A program made the translations under genes and the position numbers. A stretch of 64,000 nucleotides of DNA from Candidatus Bipolaricaulota bacterium (GTDB lineage Bacteria; Patescibacteriota; Patescibacteriia; UBA11705; DATKZF01): assembly GCA_035528115.1 (NCBI GenBank), contig DATKZF010000003.1, positions 150,699 to 214,698 on the forward strand, given 5' to 3'. Position 1 is the first letter of the stretch. Each line of letters begins with the position of its first letter. Shown piece by piece: positions 1-9,099 of the stretch. A model generated the notes under the pieces. That model was not told the DNA's origin, did not search any database, and saw only the letters and a list, made by a program, of their open reading frames with translations.

Positions 1-220
1 CAGTAGCGTCAAAAACGCTTGACGCCGCGCTATACATGCTGGAATCGGACCAATCCGTCTGGCCTGCACCGCCGCTCCAATCAATCTGAGTCCAAGGAGA
101 AATAGACGCCTCAGAGCTCGGCGCGAAAATTCCAGAGGAAACCAAAGCCATTATCAAAAAAACAATGAATTTAAAATTTTCTTTTATTTTATTTTTATTT
201 ACCATTCGATCCGCAAGCAT
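1..220 (-). CDS. Secreted/surface protein, N-terminal part (truncated by window edge)
   Basis: Manual translation from ATG 220 (alt. 205): MLADRMVNKNKIKENFKFIVFLIMALVSSGIFAPSSEASISPWTQIDWSGGAGQTDWSD...; signal-peptide-like N-terminus; frame open to position 1. Confidence 0.7.
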   Translation of the reverse strand, partial: MLADRMVNKNKIKENFKFIVFLIMALVSSGIFAPSSEASISPWTQIDWSGGAGQTDWSDSSMYSAASSVFDAT

Positions 221-345
221 AATTTATATTACAAAAAAAGAATCCTCCATATATTATTAAACCATTTTTAGAGGAAATCATCAAACGAAACTGTGAAAAA
301 CTTTTCGAACATAAAAAAACCGCCGATTGGCGATTAGCTATGACT

Positions 346-399
346 GGCCTGCCAGCCGAAGCTCAAGACGAGCCTTCGCGAGTCGAGAGCGAAGGCTGG
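346..399. repeat. REP-like palindrome at the tRNA-Thr 3' end
   Basis: ccagccgaagctc...gagcgaaggctgg; same arms as the element after tRNA-Gln (7441-7485). Confidence 0.75.
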
Positions 400-472
400 A
401 GCCCGAGAGCGGATTTGAACCGCTGACCTACTCCTTACCATGGAGTTGCTCTACCAACTGAGCTACCCGGGC
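397..472 (-). tRNA. tRNA-Thr (GGT)
   Basis: GCCCGGGTAGCTCAGTTGGTAGAGCAACTCCATGGTAAGGAGTAGGTCAGCGGTTCAAATCCGCTCTCGGGCTCCA; full cloverleaf, anticodon GGT, discriminator T, encoded CCA. Confidence 0.97.
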
Positions 473-513
473 GAAAATTAATATATTTTATGAGTCCACA
501 GCCACAGCAACTG

Positions 514-605
514 CCTGTCCCTGCCTTCGTACGACTCCGGCAGGCAGGCGCCGAAGTTTTAACGAAGGCGGACCTGTCCGCCGAAGCTCGAAGAGCGTAG
601 GCGGA
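514..605. repeat. Cluster of REP-like palindromes (cctgcc..ggcagg; cgccgaag..gaaggcg; tccgccgaagc..gcgtaggcgga)
   Basis: Three adjacent imperfect GC-rich inverted repeats in an AT-rich intergenic region. Confidence 0.7.
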
Positions 606-672
606 AGCTACCCGGGCGAAAGGCGAAAATTTTATAAAATCATTATATACGATCAAAAAAAGAAAATAAAGC

Positions 673-1563
673 CTACCATAAAAAATTAAGGCCTTTGGAA
701 TCTTTTGTCAACTCCATTGCCTTTATTTTTTCCGCGTAATCTCGCAACTTCTGGTTGTCCGGATTAATCCTTTTCAAACCATTAAGGGCTTCCATGGCCA
801 AAAGTTTATTATTGGCCGCGATGCTGGCTTCAATCAACAGATCAAGATTCCTGGGATTGTTCGGCTCGAGCGAAACCGCTCGCTTGAAATAATCCACGCT
901 CATTTTGTAACTGCCCATGGCCAAGGCCACTTCACCCAAATCAACATAATCATCGGCCAATTCAATGCTGTTGGAAAACGTTCTGACCTCCCGATTGTCT
1001 TCTTGTTTCGTCACTTCCTGCGATATTTTCAAATCCAATTTCAACACGAATTTATAAGTTTCCAGAGCGGATTTGAATTCTTTCTTTTTATAGTAAAGAT
1101 CGCCCAAACCCTTGAAAGCTCCCTTTTCCTGGGGCGATAAACTGATAATTTCAATATATTTTTTCTCCGCGTCCGCCATATCCTCTTTCTTCACGGCCTC
1201 TTGAGCTTCAGCCAGCAACTGATTGATTCTTTTTTTGAATTCAACCGCGTCTGAAGCCGTTTGCTTGACTTCTTCACGCTTATATTTTTTTTCCAAATCC
1301 TGCACTTTCGCGCGAAAGGCTTTCAGCCAATCGGAAAATTTGGCCCAGGCCGGCGCCAGTCCTTTGGTGAACAGATCCTTTGTTCTTTGCGTTTTTCGTT
1401 TCAGTCGATCGCTTAAAATCTTGTCTCTGGTTTCGTTTTCTTTTTCTCTCGAAATAGTCGAAATATCCAAAGTCTTCACCTGAGGCAATTTTTTGATCAG
1501 GATGTAAACGATCAAGCCCAAACAGACCCCGATCACGCCGACCAATATCCAAGTTAACAGCAT
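673..1563 (-). CDS. Membrane-anchored tetratricopeptide repeat protein
   Basis: N-terminal TM helix, coiled coil, TPR motifs (AFKGLGDLYY, YVDLGEVAL...YFKRAVSLEPNN). Confidence 0.85.
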   Translation of the reverse strand: MLLTWILVGVIGVCLGLIVYILIKKLPQVKTLDISTISREKENETRDKILSDRLKRKTQRTKDLFTKGLAPAWAKFSDWLKAFRAKVQDLEKKYKREEVKQTASDAVEFKKRINQLLAEAQEAVKKEDMADAEKKYIEIISLSPQEKGAFKGLGDLYYKKKEFKSALETYKFVLKLDLKISQEVTKQEDNREVRTFSNSIELADDYVDLGEVALAMGSYKMSVDYFKRAVSLEPNNPRNLDLLIEASIAANNKLLAMEALNGLKRINPDNQKLRDYAEKIKAMELTKDSKGLNFLW

Positions 1564-1666
1564 ACGAACAAATAAAAAAAGATAATATATACCTTATTTA
1601 ACGCCGATTTAATATACTTATTTTCTTTATACAAACTATCATTTTCAACGAATTATGTCAAAGAAA

Positions 1667-2401
1667 TCAGCGGCCGGATTTCTTGAATATTTTTTCAAGT
1701 TCAGCCACATCAAGACTGGTCTTCCCGACTAAAAATCCTCTGATTTCTTTTTTCTTCAAATATTCTTTGATGTTTTTGGAATCAACGCTGCCGCCATACA
1801 AGAACTTCACTTTTTCATCGAAAAAATCGCTGCCGTACATATTGGCGATCAAACGTTTGGTGGCGCGGGCGACATTGACGACATCGTCCGGCGAACAATT
1901 CTTGCCGGTGCCGATCGCCCAGACCGGCTCATAAGCCAAAAACAATTCGCTTTTTTCTTTGGGTTTCAATTTCGCCAACGCGCTCTTCAGTTGATTGATT
2001 ATCACTTGATCGCGGTTGTCTTTTTCGGATTCTCGCTCGCCAAAACACAAAATCGGCGTCAAATCAACTCGCCAAGCCTGTTTGACTTTTTGATTGATCA
2101 ATTGCTCGCTTTCGTCCAGCATATATCTGCGCTCGGAATGTCCGATGATGGCGAATGAACAGCCGACTTCTTTAAGCGTGGCGGCGGACACTTCTCCGGT
2201 AAAAGCGCCTTTTGGAAACGGCGAACAATCTTGAGCGGCCAAATCAAGTCCGCTCTCATTTCCGGCCGCTTTGAGCATCGGCGCGCTCGGCGCCAAAATC
2301 AAACGGAATTTATCCGTCGGCAAATTTTTAACCTTATCGATCAGATTCAATGTCTCACGAAAGCCGAGATTCATTTTCCAATTGGCGATAAAATACTTCA
2401 T
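1667..2401 (-). CDS. tpiA: Triosephosphate isomerase
   Basis: ANWKMN, GAFTGEVS, IGHSERR, AYEPVWAIGTG, YGGSV motifs. Confidence 0.97.
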   Translation of the reverse strand: MKYFIANWKMNLGFRETLNLIDKVKNLPTDKFRLILAPSAPMLKAAGNESGLDLAAQDCSPFPKGAFTGEVSAATLKEVGCSFAIIGHSERRYMLDESEQLINQKVKQAWRVDLTPILCFGERESEKDNRDQVIINQLKSALAKLKPKEKSELFLAYEPVWAIGTGKNCSPDDVVNVARATKRLIANMYGSDFFDEKVKFLYGGSVDSKNIKEYLKKKEIRGFLVGKTSLDVAELEKIFKKSGR

Positions 2402-2403
2402 AC

Positions 2404-2553
2404 GTTACGAATTATTGCGACTGATTAGCTAGCCTTGGCTTTATATTCATTACAAATCAAGCTTGTAGCTTATTAGCTTATTAGCTTTTTAGCTGGTAGG
2501 TGGCTTAAGTCCGGCTTCTTTGTTCCATGTTACGTGTTATATGGTGTCGTAAC
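2404..2553. repeat. Intergenic short-period repeat tracts (agcttatt-type and tgttcca-type, plus one gttacgaatt core)
   Basis: agcttgtagcttattagcttattagctttttagct (2460-2494); tgttccatgttacgtgttatatgg (2521-2544). Confidence 0.7.
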
Positions 2554-2554
2554 C

Positions 2555-3826
2555 TTACAATTCCAATAATTTTTTAAAATCTTCACCGCCTTCGTCAAAC
2601 GGTCCGATCAAAGCGAGATTAAGAAATCTTTTCAGGAGAACTTCCTTAGCGACTTTTTCAACATCTTCAACGGTCACTTTATCAAACAAGGCGAATTTTT
2701 GTTCGGGCGTTAAAATCTCGCCGGTTAAGGCCGCTTGTTTGGCAAACCACTCGGCCGCTTCGGACGAATCCTCGAGATGCAAAATAACTTTGCCCCGCAA
2801 AAATTGTTTGGCGTCTTTTAATTCGTCTTCGGTCACGCGGCCGTCTCTGATCTTCTTTAATTCGTCCAAAATCAATGAAATGGCTTCTTTAATCCTGTTT
2901 TTATCCAACCCGGCCTGGACGATCAAATTGCCCGTGTCCTTATAAATATTGATGTAGCTTCTGATAAAATAACACAAACCTTTCCGTTCTCGAATATTGA
3001 TAAAAAGTCTGGAGCTCATGTTGCCTCCCAAAATAATGGCCAGCAAATACAGCGCGAAAACACGATCATCGCCGTATGGAAAACCGGGAAAACCGAAAGC
3101 CAGCTGAACTTGCTCGGTGGCTTGCTTTTTTATCATCAACTTCGGTTCGGTTTGATCGAAAACGAATTTTGAAAATTCGGGAGGCTCTTGACTCGTTGCC
3201 TCGAAAGAAAAAGCCTTTTCTATTTTTTCTTTTATATCGTCCGGAAACTTGCCGGATACGGCAATCACCAGATTGTTCGGTTGATAAAACGCATTTTTAT
3301 AATCTAGCAACTCTTGCCTTGAAACGGTTTTAATCACCTCGCGCGGCCCGCTGATTTGCCAGCCCAAAGGATTGCCGTCGAAAATACATTGCTCGAGAAG
3401 ATCCTCGATATACATCAACGGATTATCCTCGTACATATTGATTTCTTCAACGATCACCCCGCGTTCACGATTGATTTCATTTTCATCGAACTTCGAATTA
3501 AGCAACATATCGGACAAAACATCCACGGCCAAATCTATTTTTTCCGAATCTATTTTAATGTAATAAGCGGTCCAGTCTTTGGCGGTCATGGCGTTAAACT
3601 CCGCGCCTACGCTGTCCAGTTCTTTGGAAATGGCCAAAGTGTTCGGTCTTTTCTCCGTGCCCTTGAACATCAAATGTTCGATAAAATGAGAGGCGCCGTT
3701 GATTTTTTCGGATTCATACCTTGAACCGACGCCGAAAATGGCCATGACGGATACGGCTTTGGTTTCATTACTCGGCACCAAAATCAATTTCGCCCCGTTT
3801 TTTAACTTATATTCTTCATATTTCAT
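2555..3826 (-). CDS. M16 family (insulinase/pitrilysin) zinc peptidase
   Basis: Inverted zinc motif HFIEH-LMFKGT, FNAMT, SSRLF..IRERKGLCY. Confidence 0.95.
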   Translation of the reverse strand: MKYEEYKLKNGAKLILVPSNETKAVSVMAIFGVGSRYESEKINGASHFIEHLMFKGTEKRPNTLAISKELDSVGAEFNAMTAKDWTAYYIKIDSEKIDLAVDVLSDMLLNSKFDENEINRERGVIVEEINMYEDNPLMYIEDLLEQCIFDGNPLGWQISGPREVIKTVSRQELLDYKNAFYQPNNLVIAVSGKFPDDIKEKIEKAFSFEATSQEPPEFSKFVFDQTEPKLMIKKQATEQVQLAFGFPGFPYGDDRVFALYLLAIILGGNMSSRLFINIRERKGLCYFIRSYINIYKDTGNLIVQAGLDKNRIKEAISLILDELKKIRDGRVTEDELKDAKQFLRGKVILHLEDSSEAAEWFAKQAALTGEILTPEQKFALFDKVTVEDVEKVAKEVLLKRFLNLALIGPFDEGGEDFKKLLEL

Positions 3827-3886
3827 ATAAAAACATTATAATCGATCACCGCTGAAAAAACAACCGCGACCTTAATTTTTTCAATT

Positions 3887-3914
3887 AAAAAAAGACTTCG
3901 CGTGGGAAGTCTTT
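3887..3914 (-). terminator. Intrinsic terminator
   Basis: aaagacttc-gcgtgg-gaagtcttt hairpin with A7 (U tract on minus). Confidence 0.6.
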
Positions 3915-3941
3915 ACTCCTTTCATTTCATGGCGCAATGCC

Positions 3942-4691
3942 TTATGAAGACATTGTCAATTTAATACGGTCTAGCTGCACGCCGAAGATTTTTTCCGTCG
4001 CCGCGACCGCCAGATGGATTTTTTCCTCGATCTCTCTGTGGCCATCTGAAACATTCAGCGACAACTTCTTCGCCAACACCGCGCCCACCTCCTGCTTAAC
4101 GGAATCAACGAACTTTTGAAACAGGACAAACTCTTCCACCATTTTCGGCAGATACCTGTCCTGCACGCTGAACCCGAGCTCAACTCGGTATGATTTTCGA
4201 TATGCCGTCTCATGAACATGGACGTCGCAGACAACACGTATCTCTCCCCCCCACACCTCGGGCACGGCCGGCCCTAGATCAGGGAACTTTTCCATGGGAT
4301 TCGTATCTTGGGGACAGAGCGCGGAACGACCCGCTTCGTCCACCAAGTACATTCTGTCCGTCGACATCCCTTTTGAGCTGACTCGAATCAGACGATACTT
4401 ATTTTTCGGAGGCAATGGCCACCTAAAATAGGTGGCGTGAATCCGGCCGGTGCCGACCACCATGACCGCTCCGACAAGAGCTTCAATCACGGCCAAGGCA
4501 ATCCGAGCCTCGACCACCAGCGGCAGCGCGATGACCGCGCCAATGAACAGCGCCCAGATGACCGCCAAGGCATTGCGGCAATGTCTGAGCAAGGACTTGA
4601 AGTTCTTGCTCTGCCGTTCGGCGATCAGCTTTTTGCGGCGGCAATCCTCTGTGTACTCCAAGAATATTCTCGCTACCCGATGTCCGCTCAT
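3942..4691 (-). CDS. Orphan membrane protein (2 TM, possible SPFH-like C-terminus)
   Basis: 249-aa ORF, SD GGAGGAGGG before ATG, TTGACA upstream, own terminator; no family recognised. Confidence 0.65.
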   Translation of the reverse strand: MSGHRVARIFLEYTEDCRRKKLIAERQSKNFKSLLRHCRNALAVIWALFIGAVIALPLVVEARIALAVIEALVGAVMVVGTGRIHATYFRWPLPPKNKYRLIRVSSKGMSTDRMYLVDEAGRSALCPQDTNPMEKFPDLGPAVPEVWGGEIRVVCDVHVHETAYRKSYRVELGFSVQDRYLPKMVEEFVLFQKFVDSVKQEVGAVLAKKLSLNVSDGHREIEEKIHLAVAATEKIFGVQLDRIKLTMSS

Positions 4692-4819
4692 TTGTCCCTC
4701 CTCCGTATTTCAATGCGTTAAACCCAGTCTTTCCGACCTCATACATTTACACAAAATCAATAATTTGTCAACCAAAAAATGGGATACCCTCCCATTTTAC
4801 GGCTTTATATAATTACCAA

Positions 4820-6151
4820 CTACAATATCTGCGGCAGACTTTCCGCCTTTTTTATCTTGCCGGCAATGATTGATTCAATGTTTTTGGTGCCCAATTTATG
4901 AGCGTCCAGATAGCCTTCCATGGCCGCCTCGGCCAGCCAGCCAGAATCAAGCCAGTCAAAAAGCCATTGATCCGCGTATCTGGGATCCAATTGATCCATG
5001 CCCGCGCCGATTGATTCGAGCCACATTTGATTGAACAGTTCTTGAGACCCAATGGGCGGAGCAATGATGATCGGAATGCCGAGTGCGCAATAAAAGGACA
5101 GCTCACTCGGCTTGGTCCATAAAATATCGGTGGTCAGCAAAGCTTGATTGAACCTGTCCATGTATTCGTGAAAACTGAGCGAATAAATTATATCGACTTT
5201 ACTTTTGTCTTTTCCAAATCCGTGCTTCGCCGCCACTCGCTCGAAATATTTATAAATTTCATTTCTGACGCCCGCGACCAGATTTATTTTCACTTGGCCT
5301 TCATTGATTTTCTTTTTCAAACTGCCGATAATCTGATCGCCTATCTCTCTTTGCGCGCCCGCGCCGCCGACCGCGAAGGTGATGGTCAAAGGGCGCTCGA
5401 CTTTGTCCGGCACGCAGCCGGCCGGCAAATTTTCTTCAATGGTCTTTTCGTATTTGCCTCGATAAATATTTTTAGGATCCAAATTACAAATGCGCTCGCC
5501 CATGTGTTTTTTCAAGATTTCCAGATTATGACCGTCGATATTTTCTTTCGGCAAAGGAAACCCGGTTAAAAAAATATTTTCTTTTCTGATGCCGTATTCA
5601 ATCAACCGATCGACCGCCCTTTTGGTCGGCGCGAAATATTTCAATCTGCTCTTTTTGGGCTCGAGCGGCGCCCAAGTGCGGGAAACATCCGTGTCCGTAA
5701 TTACCACATAAATGTCATTTTTGAAATTATGAAATTCCGCGAAAAATGCGGGCACGAAAAAAGTGGTGATCAGCGGAATGTTTTCATGATTCAAATACTC
5801 GATCAAGTGGCGGCCCCAGCCCTTTTCCATGTAACGGTACATTTGCTTAATCTGGAATGTGGCGGCGGACAAATCGCGTCTCGGATAAAAAGGATCTATG
5901 TTTTGAAAATATTTATCGTAAAATTTAAAAACTTCATTACCCAAAAAAGGCACGTGTTTTAATCTGGAAACGAATTCATAAAACTTGCGGCTGCGCCGCC
6001 AAATCCGCGCGTCTTTATCGGGGATGCCCGAATAATCGTTGGCCGTGATGATTCCTTCATACGCTATGTCTTTTAGCGGAAATGCGGCGCGCTGATGACC
6101 ATATCCCATGGTGACGGCGACGACCCAGGCTTTGTTTTTGGTTTTTATCAT
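4820..6151 (-). CDS. Conserved CPR protein, probable GT-B glycosyltransferase (MGDG-synthase-like; DUF6938-like)
   Basis: N-terminal MGYGHQRAA and C-terminal LWTKPSELSFYCALGIP..GSQE resemble GT28/MGDG synthase nucleotide-sugar motifs. Confidence 0.6.
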   Translation of the reverse strand: MIKTKNKAWVVAVTMGYGHQRAAFPLKDIAYEGIITANDYSGIPDKDARIWRRSRKFYEFVSRLKHVPFLGNEVFKFYDKYFQNIDPFYPRRDLSAATFQIKQMYRYMEKGWGRHLIEYLNHENIPLITTFFVPAFFAEFHNFKNDIYVVITDTDVSRTWAPLEPKKSRLKYFAPTKRAVDRLIEYGIRKENIFLTGFPLPKENIDGHNLEILKKHMGERICNLDPKNIYRGKYEKTIEENLPAGCVPDKVERPLTITFAVGGAGAQREIGDQIIGSLKKKINEGQVKINLVAGVRNEIYKYFERVAAKHGFGKDKSKVDIIYSLSFHEYMDRFNQALLTTDILWTKPSELSFYCALGIPIIIAPPIGSQELFNQMWLESIGAGMDQLDPRYADQWLFDWLDSGWLAEAAMEGYLDAHKLGTKNIESIIAGKIKKAESLPQIL

Positions 6152-6310
6152 ATTACAAATAACTGCTTCAAATAGGACTATCTAATTTTTTTTTAATCAA
6201 TCATTACGAATAATTACAAATTATCCCCAAAAAATCCCATTGGGACAATCTTCTCGGACAATAGGCGCTATGAAATAGCCAATTCGCGGAATGTAATTCG
6301 TAACTATTGC

Positions 6311-6664
6311 TCAATAGACCTTCTTAAACTTAACATGAAAGACCGGCTCATAATTATTATCCCCTTTATCGGTCACTTCCACGGTCTCGCCTTTGACGAA
6401 TTTATTCAAAGCGATATCGGACAAAAGTTCTTCGTCCGTTTGAATATCGGCTTTTAAGCTATCGAGTTCTTCGAATTCTTTGGCGAAATCCTGCCTCACC
6501 TGCGCTTCCAAATTCTTTTTCTTGTCTCTTGTTTCGTTGAACTCATCAACCATGTCCTTGTATCCCGGAGTTTGTCCCAGCGTGTCTTTGTAAATTTTTC
6601 TCAATTCTTTTTGTTTATTCCTGGCTTCTTGAACGCGGTTGAAGACTTCTTGGATGTTCTGCAT
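6311..6664 (-). CDS. Conserved hypothetical coiled-coil protein
   Basis: 117-aa ORF; C-terminal GETVEV.D...YEPVF.VKFKK pattern I recognise from CPR hypotheticals. Confidence 0.75.
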   Translation of the reverse strand: MQNIQEVFNRVQEARNKQKELRKIYKDTLGQTPGYKDMVDEFNETRDKKKNLEAQVRQDFAKEFEELDSLKADIQTDEELLSDIALNKFVKGETVEVTDKGDNNYEPVFHVKFKKVY

Positions 6665-6802
6665 ACGTTACGAATATTAATTCTAATTAGCAGCCTTTGT
6701 TTTTAGCCGATGGTTTAGTTCACGTTACGAATACGTTACAAATATTTGCATCAAACAAGGCAAGCTTGACCGTTCTTATTTATTATGAATTTTATCAAAA
6801 AA

Positions 6803-7201
6803 TTATTCCGTCGTTTGTCCGTCAAATTCAGCTTCGTTGGCCATGGCCTCTTCCTTGGTCGCTCTCACCACACCGTCTTTGTGATGAGCGGGCGAATAAA
6901 TGGTGTAAAGTTTCAAATCCTCGGCATCTGAAACATTGATGACATTATGCTCGGCTCCGGCCGGCACCACGATGGCCGAACCGTCAGTGACTTCGTATTC
7001 ATTGCCGTCAATAATGACTTTGCCCATGCCTTTTTCAAAACGGAAAAATTGATCATTGTCAGCGTGAATTTCCATGCCAATGTCTTCATTGGGTCGAAGC
7101 GACATTAAAACCAGCTGGCTGTGTTTGGCAGTATACAAGACTTTACGAAAATTACCGTTTTCCAAAGTGTCTTTTTCAATGTTGGCGAAAAATCCTTTCA
7201 T
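6803..7201 (-). CDS. Cupin domain protein
   Basis: QLVLMSL...IGMEIH..NDQFFRFE and VPAGAEHNVIN cupin motifs. Confidence 0.92.
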   Translation of the reverse strand: MKGFFANIEKDTLENGNFRKVLYTAKHSQLVLMSLRPNEDIGMEIHADNDQFFRFEKGMGKVIIDGNEYEVTDGSAIVVPAGAEHNVINVSDAEDLKLYTIYSPAHHKDGVVRATKEEAMANEAEFDGQTTE

Positions 7202-7277
7202 AGATTTAAAAATTATGAGTTATCTTTTTCAATTATAACAGTATTGAAAAAACGCCGCAATGTAAACCATCCGCAGT

Positions 7278-7306
7278 TTGACAAATTTTCCTCAATTCCG
7301 TATAAT
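7278..7306 (+). promoter_or_regulatory. Sigma70 promoter for tRNA-Gln
   Basis: Perfect TTGACA-17 nt-TATAAT. Confidence 0.85.
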
Positions 7307-7369
7307 ATTTTTAGTTTTTAAAGAACTTTAATGTTTGTTATTTGAAATTTGTTGTTTGTAATTTCACGT

Positions 7370-7443
7370 TCGGGGGTCGTCTAATGGTAGGACTCCAGGT
7401 TTTGGTCCTGGCTATCGGGGTTCGAATCCCTGCCTCCGAGCCA
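7370..7443 (+). tRNA. tRNA-Gln (TTG)
   Basis: TCGGGGG/CCTCCGA acceptor stem, CCAGG-TTTTGGT-CCTGG anticodon arm, GGTTCGAATCC T-arm, CCA end. Confidence 0.96.
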
Positions 7444-7485
7444 GCCTTCGCTTCTCACTCTGTTCGGAGCTTCGGCTGGCAGGCC
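7441..7485. repeat. REP-like palindrome at the tRNA-Gln 3' end
   Basis: ccagccttcgct...gagcttcggctggcaggcc. Confidence 0.75.
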
Positions 7486-7540
7486 AATAAGCCGTAATTT
7501 TTTTTATAAGGATGAGAACCCCGAGCCTACTAGTCGGGTT

Positions 7541-7568
7541 CGCCTGCCGAAGCGTAGCGTAGGCGGGC
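7541..7568. repeat. REP-like palindrome (ccgaagc..gcgtagg family)
   Basis: cgcctgccgaagcgtagcgtaggcgggc. Confidence 0.65.
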
Positions 7569-7682
7569 CAATTAGCCGCAAGGCTTTTTTTGTTTGGCAA
7601 AAAATTGTTTGAAAGTCTCAGAATTGATATAATAAAACAAACGGACGTAAATATTTAATATTTAAAAATCCACTACAAAAAC

Positions 7683-9038
7683 ATGAAAAAAAATTTAATC
7701 CTCTTGGGGATCGTGATTATTTTAATCGGCTCAAGTTATTTTATTTGGCATCAAGCTCAATCGAAGATCGGCGTTGACCATCCCGCAACCTCGCTCGAGA
7801 CTACCAAAGACGGACAATCTATCAGCAAACACCAATGGCCCCAATTTCATGGGACATATCTTCACACCGGATACGCAGATATTGAAGGACCGGAAAAGGC
7901 CATTTTAAAATGGAAGTTCAATTTGGGAAAAATAACGGGGACCAAACCTAACAGCGTGATAATTGCCTCCGATGGAACCATTTATGTCGCCGGAGCCGGG
8001 AAAATATTCGCTTTGGATAAAAATGGAACCGAAATTTGGGAAAAAAGCTATCAAAATACTCAAGGTCCCGCTTTGGCGGAAGACGGCACTATTTATTTTC
8101 TTTCGGGAAAGGCGATCATTGCCTTGGACAAAGACGGAAAAGAAAAATGGCAATTTAAAACCAATGGGAATACGATTATCGCTCCGACGGTGGGGCCGGA
8201 CGGAACCATCTATCAGGGTAGCTGGGATGGTTATTTTTATGCGATCAATAAAGACGGGACTCTGAAATGGAAATATAAAACAGCGGGGGCAATCTCCTAT
8301 CCGGCCAGCATCGATCAAAACGGAATAATTTATTTGGGCGGCGGCGATGCCCATGCGGGTCCGGATGGCAATCTTTACGCCTTTAACCCCGACGGAAGTT
8401 TGAAATGGAAATACGACACGAAAGCCATGCGGGTCGGCTCTCCGGCCATAGGTTCCGATGGATTGATCTATGTTCCGGCCGCTCCCGCCTTGCTTGCGTT
8501 TGATTCTTTAGGAAATCTGAAGTGGAGCAAAGGACCGGCCACAAATTTTAATAATATTCCAACTTCAGACCTGGACGGATGCGGCGCGCCGCCGCTGCCA
8601 GCTTGCGGCGGAATGGGGCAACCTCAAAATGGAAACATGAACGAAAACATGCCGCAACCGCCCATGGGACAAGATGACATAGCGGGAATTATCACTCCGG
8701 CAATCTATGCCGATGAAACAATCTATGTGGGCAATGCGCAAGGCATTTTATCCGCCATTGATCTTAAAACCCAAAAAATAAAATGGACTTACGAGACGGA
8801 CGCCAATCCCAATCAAGCCGGCTTTTACGGTCTGCCGAACTTTCCGCTTGTTGATAAAGACGGAACGATTTATTTCGGATCAATAGATAACAATATGTAC
8901 GCGGTTAACAAAAAAGGAAAACTTTTATGGAAATATCAAACGGGCGGCAAAATCACCGAAGCCTCGCCCGCCTTTGATAATAGCGGAACTCTTTATTTCA
9001 CTTCCGAAGACGGCTATCTATACGCGATAGGCGAATAA
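7683..9038 (+). CDS. Secreted PQQ-like (BamB-type) beta-propeller repeat protein
   Basis: Signal anchor, WPQFHG..HTG start, repeated DGTIY.GS.DG..YA....G..KWKY blades. Confidence 0.9.
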   Translation: MKKNLILLGIVIILIGSSYFIWHQAQSKIGVDHPATSLETTKDGQSISKHQWPQFHGTYLHTGYADIEGPEKAILKWKFNLGKITGTKPNSVIIASDGTIYVAGAGKIFALDKNGTEIWEKSYQNTQGPALAEDGTIYFLSGKAIIALDKDGKEKWQFKTNGNTIIAPTVGPDGTIYQGSWDGYFYAINKDGTLKWKYKTAGAISYPASIDQNGIIYLGGGDAHAGPDGNLYAFNPDGSLKWKYDTKAMRVGSPAIGSDGLIYVPAAPALLAFDSLGNLKWSKGPATNFNNIPTSDLDGCGAPPLPACGGMGQPQNGNMNENMPQPPMGQDDIAGIITPAIYADETIYVGNAQGILSAIDLKTQKIKWTYETDANPNQAGFYGLPNFPLVDKDGTIYFGSIDNNMYAVNKKGKLLWKYQTGGKITEASPAFDNSGTLYFTSEDGYLYAIGE

Positions 9039-9099
9039 TTTCATAATATGATCATGAAACACTCGACAATAATTTAATATTTAAAATAAACAAAAATTT

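Noticed and set aside
435-656. 73-aa ORF
   Set aside because: Overlaps tRNA-Thr and REP-like palindromes; the translation is repeat-derived.
7412-7600. 62-aa ORF
   Set aside because: Antisense to tRNA-Gln and its downstream repeats.
7653-9086. Shared 15-mer atttaatatttaaaa upstream of the PQQ and DUF4349 genes
   Set aside because: A/T-only and low complexity in AT-rich leaders; cannot be distinguished from chance.
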